A DNA stretch of 64,000 nt from Candidatus Shapirobacteria bacterium (GCA_037142555.1 JBAXAJ010000001.1:104423-168422), one strand, 5' to 3'; numbered from the stretch's first letter, positions 21,056 through 31,873 are shown. A program made the numbers and translations. Notes: a model not told the origin generated them from the letters alone.

Positions 21056-21499
21056 ATGGCACAAGAAATTAAAAAAATTACTAAAACTAAAATTATCAAA
21101 ACTAAAGCAGTTTCTCCTGTTGTTGAAGCTCCAAAAGTTGAAAAAGTTGCTTTCCAAGTAGCTAAATATGTTAACAAGAATCTAATGATTTCTCCTCGAA
21201 AACTTAGACTTCTAGTTAATAATATTAAAAAATTAGCTCCAAAAGAAGCTTTATTAAGATTAAAATTCACCAACACTAAAGCAGCTCGAGTTATGGTTCA
21301 AGCTCTCCAAAACATAATTTCCGATGCTAAGAACAATTTTAACCTAGACACTGATTCACTAAAATTTGATATTATAAAGGTCGACGAAGCTTTAAAGATT
21401 AAGAGAATGGACAAATCACACGGATCTCGATTTGCTCGTGGTCTTATCATGAAAAGACACAGTCGCTTAACTATACACGTTAAAGGGGTTCAAAAATAA
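21056..21499 (+). CDS. rplV: 50S ribosomal protein L22 (N-terminal extension)
   Basis: ISPRKLRL; operon position. Confidence 0.93.
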   Translation: MAQEIKKITKTKIIKTKAVSPVVEAPKVEKVAFQVAKYVNKNLMISPRKLRLLVNNIKKLAPKEALLRLKFTNTKAARVMVQALQNIISDAKNNFNLDTDSLKFDIIKVDEALKIKRMDKSHGSRFARGLIMKRHSRLTIHVKGVQK

Positions 21500-21501
21500 T
21501 T

Positions 21502-22143
21502 ATGGGACAAAAAGTTAATCCAATTGGTTTCAGATTAGAAACCGTCAAAAATAGTCCAGAATGGCAATCTTCTTGGTATGCCAACACTAAACAATATGCA
21601 ATTTATCTTTTAGAAGATAAAAAAATCAGAGATCATCTTCAAAAGAAGCTCTATTCTGCTGGTGTTGTTGCTTTAAGAATCGAAAGATCAACTAAAAAAA
21701 TTAAATTAATAATCATCGTTTCTCGACCAGGTCTAGTAATCGGTCGTGGTGGTAAAGAACTAGAAACCCTTAAAAAAGAAATTCAAAAAATAATTTCTTC
21801 AGCTAAAGGTAAACAAAGTGTCGAAATCCAAGTCGAAGAATTCAAAAACGTTGATTTATCAGCAAAACTAATCGCTGAAAAAATTGCTTACCAACTTACT
21901 AAAAGAATGCCTTACCGCCGAGTAGTTCTTTCCTCTATGGAAAAATCTATTTCTGCAGGTGCTAAAGGTATTAAGATAGTTCTATCTGGAAGAATTAACG
22001 GTTCCGAAATCGGTCGCCGCGAAAAATTCTCAGAAGGTAAAGTTCCGTTAAGCACAATTCGTTCAATAATTGATTATCACGAATGCCCATCTTTAACCAG
22101 ATCAGGCTACATCGGAGTTAAAGTTTATTTATGTTTAGGCTAA
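21502..22143 (+). CDS. rpsC: 30S ribosomal protein S3
   Basis: MGQKVNPIGFRL, RPGLVIGRGG, GKVPLSTIR. Confidence 0.97.
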   Translation: MGQKVNPIGFRLETVKNSPEWQSSWYANTKQYAIYLLEDKKIRDHLQKKLYSAGVVALRIERSTKKIKLIIIVSRPGLVIGRGGKELETLKKEIQKIISSAKGKQSVEIQVEEFKNVDLSAKLIAEKIAYQLTKRMPYRRVVLSSMEKSISAGAKGIKIVLSGRINGSEIGRREKFSEGKVPLSTIRSIIDYHECPSLTRSGYIGVKVYLCLG

Positions 22144-22149
22144 ACCATT

Positions 22150-22554
22150 ATGTTACAACCAAAAAAAACTAAATATCGAAAAGAATTCAGAGGTCGAATG
22201 GCTGGCAACTCAAAAGGTTGTCTCGTCACTTTCGGTGATTTTGGTCTTAAATCTATGGAATGTAGCTGGGTAACTGCTAACCAAATCGAAGCAGCTCGAC
22301 GTGCTATCACTCATTCAACTAAAAGAAGTGGTCGTATGTGGATTCGTATCTTCCCTAACAAACCTTATACTTCAAAAGGTGCTGGTGCTCCATTAGGTGC
22401 TGGAAAAGGTGATGTGAAAGGTTATGTCGCTGTTGTTAGACCAGGAAGAATAATGTTTGAGGTTTCCGGAATTAGTGAAGCCGATGCAAAAGTCGCACTT
22501 AAGTTAGCTGCTGCCAAATTACCGGTAGTTTGCAAAATAGTTAGTAAAAAATAG
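22150..22554 (+). CDS. rplP: 50S ribosomal protein L16
   Basis: MLQPKKTKYRK, QIEAARRA, WIRIFP. Confidence 0.97.
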   Translation: MLQPKKTKYRKEFRGRMAGNSKGCLVTFGDFGLKSMECSWVTANQIEAARRAITHSTKRSGRMWIRIFPNKPYTSKGAGAPLGAGKGDVKGYVAVVRPGRIMFEVSGISEADAKVALKLAAAKLPVVCKIVSKK

Positions 22555-22565
22555 GGGTAGATTTT

Positions 22566-22769
22566 ATGAAAAAAACTGATAAAATTTCCTACAGAGAAAA
22601 AAGTAAAGAAGAGTTACTTAAAAACCTGTCGGAGCTTAGAAATAAGTTTGTGGAAACAAAATCCAAACATGCACATGGAAACCAGAAGGACACTTCTGTG
22701 TTTACTAAAATTAAACATGAGATAGCATATATCTTCACTCTTCTCAAACAAAAATCAAATGACAATTAA
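22566..22769 (+). CDS. rpmC: 50S ribosomal protein L29
   Basis: 67-aa helical protein between rplP and rpsQ. Confidence 0.85.
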   Translation: MKKTDKISYREKSKEELLKNLSELRNKFVETKSKHAHGNQKDTSVFTKIKHEIAYIFTLLKQKSNDN

Positions 22770-23031
22770 AAAAATTGAAACTACTATTAAAAAAACTGGA
22801 AAAACCTTCATTGGTAAGGTTGTCTCTGATAAAATGACAAACACTCTTGTTGTTTCTTTGGAATACACCAGACGTCATCCAATTTATAAAAAAATTGTTA
22901 CTAAACACAACCACATTTATTCTGAAAACAATCTCAGTGCTAAAACTGGAGATATGATCAAAGTGATGGAAACTCGTCCTCTTAGTAAAATTAAAAGATT
23001 CACTACATTAGAAATTATTAAAAAAGCTTAA
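22759..23031 (+). CDS. rpsQ: 30S ribosomal protein S17
   Basis: [25 protein letters not shown]. Confidence 0.96.
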   Translation: MTIKKIETTIKKTGKTFIGKVVSDKMTNTLVVSLEYTRRHPIYKKIVTKHNHIYSENNLSAKTGDMIKVMETRPLSKIKRFTTLEIIKKA

Positions 23032-23035
23032 AACT

Positions 23036-23407
23036 ATGTCACTCCAACTAAGAAGTATGATCAAACCAGCTGACAATTCCGGAGCTAAACTTGCTCAAGT
23101 AATTCATGTCTATCGAGGTCATTTCCACAAGAAAGGTCATATTGGTGATATTGTTCTAGCTGTTGTTAAAGAAGCCATTCCAAATGGTTTAGTTAAAAAG
23201 AAAGATAAAGTTAAAATGGTTATTGTTAGAACCAAGAAAGAATTCGGTCGAGCTGATGGTTCTTACATCCGTTTCAATGATAACGCTGGTGTTATAATTG
23301 ACTCTCAAAACAATCCTCGAGGCACCAGAATCTTCGGACCAATTGCTCGTGAAATTAAAGATTTAGGTTTTAATAAAATTGCCTCCATGGCAAAAGAGGT
23401 ATATTAA
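23036..23407 (+). CDS. rplN: 50S ribosomal protein L14
   Basis: [25 protein letters not shown]. Confidence 0.97.
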   Translation: MSLQLRSMIKPADNSGAKLAQVIHVYRGHFHKKGHIGDIVLAVVKEAIPNGLVKKKDKVKMVIVRTKKEFGRADGSYIRFNDNAGVIIDSQNNPRGTRIFGPIAREIKDLGFNKIASMAKEVY

Positions 23408-23409
23408 CT

Positions 23410-23736
23410 ATGAAAATATTAAAAGGCGATAAAGTAAAAATTATGATTGGTAAAGACAAAGGCCGTGAAGGTCTAGTTGCCAAAAGTTTTCCTAAGAAAG
23501 CTAAAATTGTTGTTGAAGGTTTAAACACTTTCAAAAAACATGTCAAACCATCTCAAGGTAAAGCTGGATCAATAGTTGAAAGAGAAAGACCTCTTTTAGC
23601 TTGTAAAGTTGCTCTAATTTGTCCTAACTGTAAAAAAACAACTCGAATTGGTTATCAAGTTGACAAAACTGGTGAAAAATACCGAATTTGCAAAAAATGC
23701 AAATCAATTTTAACCAATACTACTATTAAAAAATAA
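23410..23736 (+). CDS. rplX: 50S ribosomal protein L24
   Basis: KOW motif KGDKVKIMIGKDKG; CxxC..CxxC. Confidence 0.96.
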   Translation: MKILKGDKVKIMIGKDKGREGLVAKSFPKKAKIVVEGLNTFKKHVKPSQGKAGSIVERERPLLACKVALICPNCKKTTRIGYQVDKTGEKYRICKKCKSILTNTTIKK

Positions 23737-23738
23737 CT

Positions 23739-24287
23739 ATGTTAAAAGATATTATAAATACTGATATTAAAGAAGAATTGATTAAACTTCTAGGTAAAAA
23801 GAAAAATGTTTTTTCTTTGCCTAAACTAAATAAAGTTGTAATCAATTATCGTGTCAATGATGCTAGAGACAGCCAAGAATCTCTTGAAGCTGCTATTGTT
23901 GAAATTAATGCTATTACTGGCCAAAAACCAAAATTATGTAAAGCTAAAAAAGCTATCTCTTCATTCAAAGTCAGACAAGGTGATCCATTAGCTCTTAAAG
24001 TCACTCTTAGAGGCATCAGAATGTATGACTTCACTGAAAAACTATTCAACATAGTTCTTCCTCGTCTTCGTGATTTCAAAGGTTTACCTTTAAAATCTTT
24101 TGATGGTGAAGGTAACTATAATTTAACTATCAAAGACCAAACCTATTTTCCTGAAGTTAACCTTGATAAAGTTAATAAAATTAGACCTATTCAAATAACA
24201 TTAGGAATAACTGCCTCTTCAAAAGAAGATGCAAAAATGTTACTATCGACGCTAGGCTTACCTTTTGAAAAAGAGGCAAATAACTAA
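23739..24287 (+). CDS. rplE: 50S ribosomal protein L5
   Basis: [28 protein letters not shown]. Confidence 0.97.
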   Translation: MLKDIINTDIKEELIKLLGKKKNVFSLPKLNKVVINYRVNDARDSQESLEAAIVEINAITGQKPKLCKAKKAISSFKVRQGDPLALKVTLRGIRMYDFTEKLFNIVLPRLRDFKGLPLKSFDGEGNYNLTIKDQTYFPEVNLDKVNKIRPIQITLGITASSKEDAKMLLSTLGLPFEKEANN

Positions 24288-24289
24288 AT

Positions 24290-24475
24290 ATGGCTAATAA
24301 AGCAAAAATAGTTCGAGAAACTAAAAAATTAAAGTTTAGTGTACGACATCACAACAGATGTTCTATCTGTGGCCGTCCACGAGGATTTATTCGTTTATTC
24401 GGCGTTTGCCGCATCTGCTTCCGTAAGTTAGCCCATTCAGGCATGCTTCCTGGTGTTAAAAAAGCTAGTTGGTAA
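24290..24475 (+). CDS. rpsN: 30S ribosomal protein S14, Zn-binding type
   Basis: [24 protein letters not shown]. Confidence 0.97.
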   Translation: MANKAKIVRETKKLKFSVRHHNRCSICGRPRGFIRLFGVCRICFRKLAHSGMLPGVKKASW

Positions 24476-24485
24476 ATAAAAAAAT

Positions 24486-24875
24486 ATGATTTATTCATTA
24501 TCTACAGATTTCTTAATCAGAGTTAAAAATGGTTCCATGGCCAGCAGAAAAACTATTACTGCTCCAGGATCCAAATTTAGCGAACACATTGCTCAACTAA
24601 TGAAAAAATACGGTTATATTGCCGATTTTTCAGTTGAAGGTGATGCTATTAAAACTATTACTATTAAATTGGCCTATGAAAATGGTCAACCAAAAATCAG
24701 TAATGTTAAACTTTTCTCTAAGCCTGGTCGAAGAATGTATGAAAAATCATCTTCTCTTCCATGGGGTAAAACTCCAAACTCATTAATCATTATCTCCACC
24801 AGCAGTGGCGTTATGTCTCAAAAAGAGGCTAAGGTCAAAGGCCTAGGTGGCGAACTCATTGCCGAAATTTGGTAA
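24486..24875 (+). CDS. rpsH: 30S ribosomal protein S8
   Basis: SKPGRRMY, ISTSSGVM, GGELIA. Confidence 0.96.
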   Translation: MIYSLSTDFLIRVKNGSMASRKTITAPGSKFSEHIAQLMKKYGYIADFSVEGDAIKTITIKLAYENGQPKISNVKLFSKPGRRMYEKSSSLPWGKTPNSLIIISTSSGVMSQKEAKVKGLGGELIAEIW

Positions 24876-24881
24876 ACATTT

Positions 24882-25421
24882 ATGTCAAGAATAGGTAAAC
24901 AACCAATCACTATCCCAGCCGGAGTCACTATCAATATTGATGGTACAAAAGTCACTGTAACTGGTCCAAAAGGAACTTTAGACTTAAACTTCTCTCCAAG
25001 AATTAAAGTTGAAGTCATTGAAAATGAAGTTATAGTCACTAGACTTGGTGAAGATAAAAAAACCAAAGCTAATCACGGAACAACCAGAGCTCATATTAAT
25101 AATATGGTTCAAGGTGTCCAAACTCACTGGAAAAAAGAATTAGAAATTAAAGGAACAGGTTACAAAGCTTCTTTAAACGGTAATAAACTAAGACTTAACG
25201 TTGGTTACATCCACCCAGTCGATGTTGAAGCTCCAGTCGGTATTCAATTTGAACTCCCAGAAGATACTAAAATTATCATTACCGGTGCTAATAAAGAAGT
25301 AGTTGGACAAGTCGCCAGCAACATTCGTAAAATTAGAAAGCCAGAACCTTACAAAGGTAAAGGTATTCGATATGCTGATGAAGTTATTAAACTTAAAGCA
25401 GGTAAAAAAGCTAAAGCTTAA
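24882..25421 (+). CDS. rplF: 50S ribosomal protein L6
   Basis: MSRIGKQPI, PEPYKGKGIRY. Confidence 0.97.
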   Translation: MSRIGKQPITIPAGVTINIDGTKVTVTGPKGTLDLNFSPRIKVEVIENEVIVTRLGEDKKTKANHGTTRAHINNMVQGVQTHWKKELEIKGTGYKASLNGNKLRLNVGYIHPVDVEAPVGIQFELPEDTKIIITGANKEVVGQVASNIRKIRKPEPYKGKGIRYADEVIKLKAGKKAKA

Positions 25422-25427
25422 ACAAAT

Positions 25428-25769
25428 ATGATTATTCAAAATGCAAAATTAAGAAGATTAAAAAGAGTTAGAAAGAAACTAGCTCAAAATGTAGGTATCC
25501 CAAGACTTTCAGTCTTCCGCAGTAATCAACACATTTGGGCTCAAATTATTGACGACAAACACGGTCGAACTCTAGTTTCTGCTTCAACTAAAACTACCAA
25601 GACTAAAGGTACTAAAACTGAAAAAGCTTTCGCTATTGGTGAAGCTATTGCAGTTCTTGCTCAAGACAAAAAAATCGTTAATATTAGATTTGATCGCGGT
25701 TTATACCGTTACCATGGCCGAGTTAAAGCTCTTGCTGAAGGTGCCAGATCTAAAGGTTTAAATTTTTAA
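25428..25769 (+). CDS. rplR: 50S ribosomal protein L18
   Basis: PRLSVFRSNQHI, FDRGLYRYHGRVKALA. Confidence 0.97.
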   Translation: MIIQNAKLRRLKRVRKKLAQNVGIPRLSVFRSNQHIWAQIIDDKHGRTLVSASTKTTKTKGTKTEKAFAIGEAIAVLAQDKKIVNIRFDRGLYRYHGRVKALAEGARSKGLNF

Positions 25770-25774
25770 AATAT

Positions 25775-26254
25775 ATGACTCCAGACACACATCAAAATAA
25801 AAGATTTGAAAGATATGAAAAACCAGTCAGTGAATTTTCTGAAAAGGTTGTTCAAATCAAAAGAGTATCTAAAAAAACTAAAGGTGGAAATCAAATCCAT
25901 TTTACTGCTCTTGTAGTTTCTGGTGACAAAAAATCACGAGTCGGTGTTGGTCTTGGAAAAGCTAAAAGCGTTTCTGAAGCTATTCAAAAGGGAATTAAAA
26001 AAGCTCAAAAAAATATGCTTACTGTTCCAATGGTTAATGGAACTATCTCTGCTTCTATTCAACTTAAATTTAAAGGTGCTGTCGTTTTAATTAGACCAGG
26101 AAAAGAGGGAAGTGGTTTAATTGCTGGTGGACCAGTCAGATCAGTTGTCGAACTAGCTGGAATTAAAGATATCGTTTCAAAAATTATTGGTTCTAAAAAC
26201 AAAGCAATTAACGTTTGGGCTACTCTCAAAGCTCTATCAACATTAAAGAAATAA
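25775..26254 (+). CDS. rpsE: 30S ribosomal protein S5
   Basis: RVSKKTKGG, GLIAGGPVRSVVELAGI. Confidence 0.97.
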   Translation: MTPDTHQNKRFERYEKPVSEFSEKVVQIKRVSKKTKGGNQIHFTALVVSGDKKSRVGVGLGKAKSVSEAIQKGIKKAQKNMLTVPMVNGTISASIQLKFKGAVVLIRPGKEGSGLIAGGPVRSVVELAGIKDIVSKIIGSKNKAINVWATLKALSTLKK

Positions 26255-26258
26255 CACT

Positions 26259-26708
26259 ATGGAAATCTTAAATAAATTAAATAAAACTACTACTAAATCA
26301 AAAAGAAGACTCGGTCGAGGAATCGGTTCTGGAAATGGGGGTCACACTGTTGGTCGTGGTGCTAAAGGTGACAAAGCTCGAGGTAAAAACAAATTAACTT
26401 TCGATGGTCAAAAAATCAAAAAATCTTGGATTAAACGTCTACCTTTCTTAAGAGGTAAACACCGAACCCTTAAAAGAAATGAAACTATGGTTCTAAATCT
26501 TAATCATCTAGAAAAATGGTTCAAAAAAGACGAAGTTGTCGATCTTAACTCAATCTCTAAAAAAATTAAATTATCACCAAAAGATCTCATTGGTAGAATC
26601 AAAATTCTTTCCGATGGAGAACTCACAAAAGCTTTAACTATAAAGAATGTTTTAGTATCAAAAGATGCTGCTAAAAAAATTATTGCTGCCGGTGGTAATA
26701 TAGATTAA
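26259..26708 (+). CDS. rplO: 50S ribosomal protein L15
   Basis: [22 protein letters not shown]. Confidence 0.96.
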   Translation: MEILNKLNKTTTKSKRRLGRGIGSGNGGHTVGRGAKGDKARGKNKLTFDGQKIKKSWIKRLPFLRGKHRTLKRNETMVLNLNHLEKWFKKDEVVDLNSISKKIKLSPKDLIGRIKILSDGELTKALTIKNVLVSKDAAKKIIAAGGNID

Positions 26709-27988
26709 TGAATCAGTTAACTAAGACTCTCTCTCTATATATTGAAGGATTTAAAACTCCTCTTTTTAGAAAAAAATTATTATGGACTATCGGAATTTTA
26801 ATATTTTTTCGATTCATCGCCCACATTCCTGTTCCAGGTGTTAATCTAGCTCTTCTTCGCCAATTCTTTGCTCAAAATCAACTTCTCTCTTTATTAGACA
26901 TTTTTTCTGGAGGAACCTTAGCCAATTTTTCAATTGCCGCTTTAGGTTTAAATCCATACATCAATGCCTCAGTTATGATGCAACTTCTAGCCTTAATTGT
27001 TCCCAAAATTGAAGAACTTCAAAAAGAAGGGGAATATGGTCGAGCTAAAATTAATCAATATACTCGAATGGCCACCATTCCTTTTGCCATCATCAACGGT
27101 TTAGGTATGTTTGCCATCTTAAAATCCCAAAATATCATCACTAGTTTCACTCCTTTAACTATTGTCGGCATGGTCGCCAGCATGGTCGCTGGAACAATGC
27201 TTATGATTTTCCTTGGAGAAATGATCAACAGCCATGGTGTTGGTAATGGAATTTCTATGTTGATTTTTGCCGGAATCGTTTCTCGTCTACCAACCAGTTT
27301 CATCAAAACTGCCAGTGTCACCGATTTCTCTAATCCTCAAACAAGTTTGAATATCCTTATTTTTGCCATTCTAGCTGTAGTATTAGTTCTAGGCATTGTC
27401 ATGGTTGAAGAAGCAATCCTTCGAGTACCGATTAATTATGCTAAAAGGGCTCAAGTAACCTATCTACCAATAAAAGTTAACACAGCCGGTGTTATGCCTA
27501 TCATTTTCGCTGTTTCTCTAGCCACTGCACCATCATTAATTGGCCAATTTTTAGGCAAAGTTCCAAATCAATTTGTCGCTAATTTTGCCAATGGCTTTGC
27601 TCACTTTTTCCGAGCTGACAGTTATTTTTATATGATTTTCTATTTTCTCTTAGTCATTGGTTTCACTTTTTTCTACACTTCAGTCATTTTCAAACCAAAA
27701 GACATTGCTGAAGAACTAAGAAAATCTGGTGGATTCATCCCTGGCATCAGACCAGGCATTTCTACCGAAAAAAGACTTCAATATGTGATCAATCGGGTTA
27801 TTATCATTGGAGCCGTATTTTTAGGCTTCATTGCTGTTTCTCCATCAATTGTTCAAAAAATGACTGGAATTACTACCTTAACCATCGGTGGAACCAGTAT
27901 CTTAATCGTCGTCTCTGTTGTTCTAGAATTAACTAGAAAACTAGAAAATGTTGTTCAAATGCACAACTACGACAAAATTAGTTATTAA
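26708..27988 (+). CDS. secY: Preprotein translocase SecY
   Basis: [45 protein letters not shown]. Confidence 0.98.
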   Translation: MNQLTKTLSLYIEGFKTPLFRKKLLWTIGILIFFRFIAHIPVPGVNLALLRQFFAQNQLLSLLDIFSGGTLANFSIAALGLNPYINASVMMQLLALIVPKIEELQKEGEYGRAKINQYTRMATIPFAIINGLGMFAILKSQNIITSFTPLTIVGMVASMVAGTMLMIFLGEMINSHGVGNGISMLIFAGIVSRLPTSFIKTASVTDFSNPQTSLNILIFAILAVVLVLGIVMVEEAILRVPINYAKRAQVTYLPIKVNTAGVMPIIFAVSLATAPSLIGQFLGKVPNQFVANFANGFAHFFRADSYFYMIFYFLLVIGFTFFYTSVIFKPKDIAEELRKSGGFIPGIRPGISTEKRLQYVINRVIIIGAVFLGFIAVSPSIVQKMTGITTLTIGGTSILIVVSVVLELTRKLENVVQMHNYDKISY

Positions 27989-27998
27989 TTAGAAAAAC

Positions 27999-28589
27999 AT
28001 GTCAAAAGAAACAAATCTATTCATAATTGGTCCATCAGGCTGTGGTAAATCAACTCAAGCAAAATTAATTGCTGAAAAATATTCTTTAACTCATTACTCA
28101 ATGGGTCAACTATTGCGCGACGAAATGGCTAGTAAGTCAGAATTAGGCTTAAGAGCTCAATCTTATGTTGACGGTGGGACCTGGGCTCCAGATGAGCTTG
28201 TTATCGATATCCTTGAATCAAACTTAGATAAAGTTAATAATCAAAACTTCATTGTTGATGGTTTCCCAAGAATGGTCAACCAAGGCATCCAAATTGAAGA
28301 ATATCTTGATTCAAAAAACAATCCAATGTCCTATCTTATTCTTTTAGACGTCACTTTTGAAGAAATTATGACCAGAAGACAAAATTCAGGTCAAGCTTTT
28401 CAAGATGCTTCCAGAACTGACAACACCCCAGAAGCTATTGCTCAACGCCAAAAATCATACGATGACACTATAAATCCTATTATTGAACACTACCAAAGTG
28501 AAGGTAAATTGATCAAAGTTGATGGCAACAGACAAATTGAACCAATATTTAATGACATTTGCCAAATAATTGATAAAATTAATAATTAA
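27999..28589 (+). CDS. adk: Adenylate kinase (short LID)
   Basis: GPSGCGKSTQA, VDGFPR; follows secY. Confidence 0.92.
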   Translation: MSKETNLFIIGPSGCGKSTQAKLIAEKYSLTHYSMGQLLRDEMASKSELGLRAQSYVDGGTWAPDELVIDILESNLDKVNNQNFIVDGFPRMVNQGIQIEEYLDSKNNPMSYLILLDVTFEEIMTRRQNSGQAFQDASRTDNTPEAIAQRQKSYDDTINPIIEHYQSEGKLIKVDGNRQIEPIFNDICQIIDKINN

Positions 28590-28595
28590 ACAAAA

Positions 28596-28802
28596 ATGAC
28601 AAAAGACCCAACAGTCAAAGGACAAATAACAGAGGTATTGCCTAACTCCCTTTTTCGGGTTAAACTCGAAAACGGTAATGACATAATTGCCCACTTGGCG
28701 GGAAAATTAAGAATGCACCGCATTCGAGTTATGACCGGTGATTCCGTTTCTTTAGTCCTAAGTCCAGAAGGAGAAAAAGGTCGAATCGTCTATCGCATAT
28801 AA
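28596..28802 (+). CDS. infA: Translation initiation factor IF-1
   Basis: EVLPNSLFRVKLENG, HLAGKLRMHRIRV, GRIVYR. Confidence 0.96.
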   Translation: MTKDPTVKGQITEVLPNSLFRVKLENGNDIIAHLAGKLRMHRIRVMTGDSVSLVLSPEGEKGRIVYRI

Positions 28803-28817
28803 ATTTAAATTTAGTCT

Positions 28818-28846
28818 TTGATATTCTAATCTTTTTAGGTTACAAT
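28818..28846 (+). promoter_or_regulatory. Probable promoter of the rpmJ-alpha operon
   Basis: TTGATA-N17-TACAAT. Confidence 0.6.
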
Positions 28847-28859
28847 ATCCAAGTTCCTT

Positions 28860-28973
28860 ATGAAAGTAAAATCTAGTATTAAAACCCGTTGTAAAAATTG
28901 TAAGATAGTTATCCGTAGAGGAGCTAGACGCGTTATATGTTCTACAAAAAGGCATACCCAAAGACAGGGTTAA
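28860..28973 (+). CDS. rpmJ: 50S ribosomal protein L36 (absent from the ORF track)
   Basis: Hand translation [37 protein letters not shown]. Confidence 0.97.
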   Translation: MKVKSSIKTRCKNCKIVIRRGARRVICSTKRHTQRQG

Positions 28974-28979
28974 TCAAAT

Positions 28980-29387
28980 ATGAGAATAGTTGGTGTTGAA
29001 ATTCCAGATAACGAAAGAGCCGAAGTTGGTTTAACTCGTTTTTTTGGTATTGGAAAAACAAATGTAAAACAAGTGGCTAAAATGGCCAATATTGCTTTAG
29101 ATACTAGAATTAAAGACTTATCTCGAGATGATGTTTCTCGATTAATGAAAGTTCTTGAATCTTTTGTTATTGAAGGTGACCTTAAAAAGGAAATCAGAGA
29201 AAACATTGATCGCTTAAAAGCAATCAGAACTTATCGAGGCATTCGTCACATTGTTAATTTACCAGTCAGAGGTCAACGAACTAAAACTAACTCTCGAACC
29301 CGAAAAGGTAAGAAGAAGACAGTCGGTTCATTAACCAAAGAAGCATGGGCAAAAATTGAAGCAAATCAAAAAGCTGCTAATAAATAA
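28980..29387 (+). CDS. rpsM: 30S ribosomal protein S13
   Basis: YRGIRH..LPVRGQRTKTNSRTRKG. Confidence 0.97.
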   Translation: MRIVGVEIPDNERAEVGLTRFFGIGKTNVKQVAKMANIALDTRIKDLSRDDVSRLMKVLESFVIEGDLKKEIRENIDRLKAIRTYRGIRHIVNLPVRGQRTKTNSRTRKGKKKTVGSLTKEAWAKIEANQKAANK

Positions 29388-29398
29388 TTAAAATAAAA

Positions 29399-29806
29399 AT
29401 GGCTCAAACTACTAAAACTAAAAAAACTATAACTAATAAAAAGAAAGTATACAAAAATGTTGCTGAAGGCAGATTGTATATTCAATCAACTTTCAATAAC
29501 ACCCTTGTTACTGTCACTGATGTTAAAGGTCACACTTTAGCTTGGTCAAGTTCAGGTCATTGTGGTTTTAAAGGAGCTAGAAAATCTACTCCATTTGCTG
29601 CCACTACTGCTATCGAGAGAACTCTCGAAGAAGCAAAAAAATATGGTGTTAAAAAATTAGAAGTTTATTTGAAGGGTCCAGGTGCTGGTCGAGATGCTGC
29701 TTTGCGATATCTCCGATCAAAGAGAGACTTTGATGTCGACATGATTTCCGATGTCACTCCAATTCCACACAATGGTCCTAGACCTCCAAAACAAAGAAGA
29801 GTTTAA
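29399..29806 (+). CDS. rpsK: 30S ribosomal protein S11
   Basis: STFNNT, GFKGARKSTPFAA, DVTPIPHNG. Confidence 0.97.
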   Translation: MAQTTKTKKTITNKKKVYKNVAEGRLYIQSTFNNTLVTVTDVKGHTLAWSSSGHCGFKGARKSTPFAATTAIERTLEEAKKYGVKKLEVYLKGPGAGRDAALRYLRSKRDFDVDMISDVTPIPHNGPRPPKQRRV

Positions 29807-29813
29807 AAAAAAT

Positions 29814-30446
29814 ATGTCAAGAATTACTTTAGATACAAAATGTAGACTTTGCCGAAGAGAAGGCACAAAACTTTATATTAAAGGTGAAAGATGTCTTTCA
29901 TCTAAATGTCCTTTAGAAAAGAAAGGTGCTGTTGCTCCAGGTATGCACGGTCTTAAAAACACTAAAAAGCCTACTGATTACGGAATCCAACTTCGAGCTA
30001 AACAAAAAGCTAAGAGAATTTATGGAGTTCAAGAAACTCAATTCCACAACTATTATGATAAATCTAAAAAATTAAAAGGTTTAGTTGGTGACAACTTAAT
30101 GATTCTTCTCGAAAGAAGATTAGATAATGTTGTTTACTCAGCTGGTTTAGCACCTTCAAGATCTGCTGCTAAGCAATTAGTTAGTCATAGACACATCATT
30201 GTTAATGATAAAGTTCTAAACGTTTCTTCTGCTGAAATCAATGTTGGTGATGTCATTTCTCTAAATTCTAAAAATACTAAAAAATACCAAGAAAATCTTC
30301 CACTTTCAGAGAAAGACTTCAAATCTCCAAGCTGGTTAGATGTCAAAAAACAAACTTACACTGCCAAAGTTATTTCTTTACCTATTCGTGAGGAAATCAA
30401 TAATGGTATTGATGTAAATTTAATTGTTGAATATTATTCAAGATAA
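29814..30446 (+). CDS. rpsD: 30S ribosomal protein S4
   Basis: CRLCRREG, LERRLDNVVY, IVEYYSR; ATG at 29814. Confidence 0.97.
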   Translation: MSRITLDTKCRLCRREGTKLYIKGERCLSSKCPLEKKGAVAPGMHGLKNTKKPTDYGIQLRAKQKAKRIYGVQETQFHNYYDKSKKLKGLVGDNLMILLERRLDNVVYSAGLAPSRSAAKQLVSHRHIIVNDKVLNVSSAEINVGDVISLNSKNTKKYQENLPLSEKDFKSPSWLDVKKQTYTAKVISLPIREEINNGIDVNLIVEYYSR

Positions 30447-30466
30447 AAATTAAAAAGGAGAAACCA

Positions 30467-31384
30467 ATGATAGATACTAGTAAATTTAATATTAAAACCG
30501 TTAAGTCAAATGAAGGCTACGGTAAATTCGAACTTAGTCCTCTATTTGGAGGTTTAGGTCATACTTTAGGTAACAGTTTACGCCGTGTTCTTTTGATCAC
30601 CGTTCCTGGTGCTGCCATCACTCGAATCAAGATTGAAGGCACTAATCATATTTTTACCACTCTTCCGGGTGTTAAAGAAGATTTAGTCGAAGTTTCATTA
30701 AATCTTAAAAAGATTAAATTTGATTACAATAAAGATGAACCAATCGTTCTTACTCTAGAAAAGAAAGGTCCAGGAGTTGTCACCGCTGCTGACATCGTTG
30801 ATAATGATCTTTGTAAAGTTACTACTCCAAACCAAATCATCGCTACTCTTGCTGACAGCAAAGCTGTTTTCAAAATGGAATTAACCGTCGAAAGAGGAGT
30901 TGGTTACACTCTCGCTAAAGAACAAAAAACTGACATTGTCGGTGAAATAATTCTTGATGCTACTTTCACTCCAGTCATCAAAGCTAATTACATGGTTGAA
31001 CCTACTCGTTTAGGTAAAAAATCTAACTATGACAAGCTCACTATGGAAATCTGGACTGATGGTTCAGTTGATCCTCTCTATGCTCTAAAATTAGCTGCAA
31101 ATGATTTAATCAATGCTTACAGCCAAATTGCTGATCCAAAAGAATTTGAAGATGAAATAATCACTATTGCTTCTAATCCATCTAATTCCGGTGCTGACAT
31201 TTCTGTTGAAGAAATTGAATTACCTTTAAGAGTCACTAATGCCTTAAAGAAATCTGGTTATGCAACCATCGAAGCCCTCTTAAAAGCTGGCCGACTCGAT
31301 GTTAGTAAAGCTAAAAATGTTGGTGAAAAATCGTTAAAAATCATTGATTCATGGTTAAAAGAAAGATCTTTTAGTTGGAAATAA
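30467..31384 (+). CDS. rpoA: RNA polymerase alpha subunit
   Basis: GHTLGNSLRRVLL, GVKEDL, alpha-CTD NVGEKSL; SD AAGGAG. Confidence 0.97.
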   Translation: MIDTSKFNIKTVKSNEGYGKFELSPLFGGLGHTLGNSLRRVLLITVPGAAITRIKIEGTNHIFTTLPGVKEDLVEVSLNLKKIKFDYNKDEPIVLTLEKKGPGVVTAADIVDNDLCKVTTPNQIIATLADSKAVFKMELTVERGVGYTLAKEQKTDIVGEIILDATFTPVIKANYMVEPTRLGKKSNYDKLTMEIWTDGSVDPLYALKLAANDLINAYSQIADPKEFEDEIITIASNPSNSGADISVEEIELPLRVTNALKKSGYATIEALLKAGRLDVSKAKNVGEKSLKIIDSWLKERSFSWK

Positions 31385-31387
31385 ATT

Positions 31388-31873
31388 ATGAAACATCGTA
31401 TTTTTGGAAAAAAACTAGGTAGAAACCACAACGAACGTAAAGCTCTCTTTACTTCTATGACTAGAAGTATGTTCACTCATGGAAGCATTAAAACTACTGA
31501 AGCTAAAGCTAAAGCAGTCGTTTCCTTAGTTGAAAGATTATCTAATGTAATCATCACTAAATCAGAACTAACTGCTAAGCGTGAATTATTCAGATATCTT
31601 CAAGATCAAACTTGGGTGAACAATGTTTGTGCCACTTTTAAAGCCACTTTTGGTGAACAATCTTCAAATTTCACCAGAATTAAGAGAATTAAATATAGAT
31701 ATGGTGACAATGCTCTAGTTGTAAGTTTAAGTTTCGTTAAAGAAATTAAATTCGAAACCAAAAAACCTAAAGTCGAAAAAGAAGAAAAAGCTGATAAAAA
31801 AGCAGTTAAAAAAATTGTCAAAACAGAAAAGAAAGCAATCAAAAAACCAGTTGTTAAAAAGGAGAAAAAATAA
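31388..31873 (+). CDS. rplQ: 50S ribosomal protein L17 with Lys-rich tail
   Basis: KKLGR, IKTTEAKAK, RYGDNA. Confidence 0.95.
   Translation: MKHRIFGKKLGRNHNERKALFTSMTRSMFTHGSIKTTEAKAKAVVSLVERLSNVIITKSELTAKRELFRYLQDQTWVNNVCATFKATFGEQSSNFTRIKRIKYRYGDNALVVSLSFVKEIKFETKKPKVEKEEKADKKAVKKIVKTEKKAIKKPVVKKEKK

Noticed and set aside
659-31842. Many short antisense or alternate-frame ORFs over rpoBC, fusA, tuf and ribosomal-protein genes
   Set aside because: They are shadows of well-conserved genes, with no start signals or recognisable motifs
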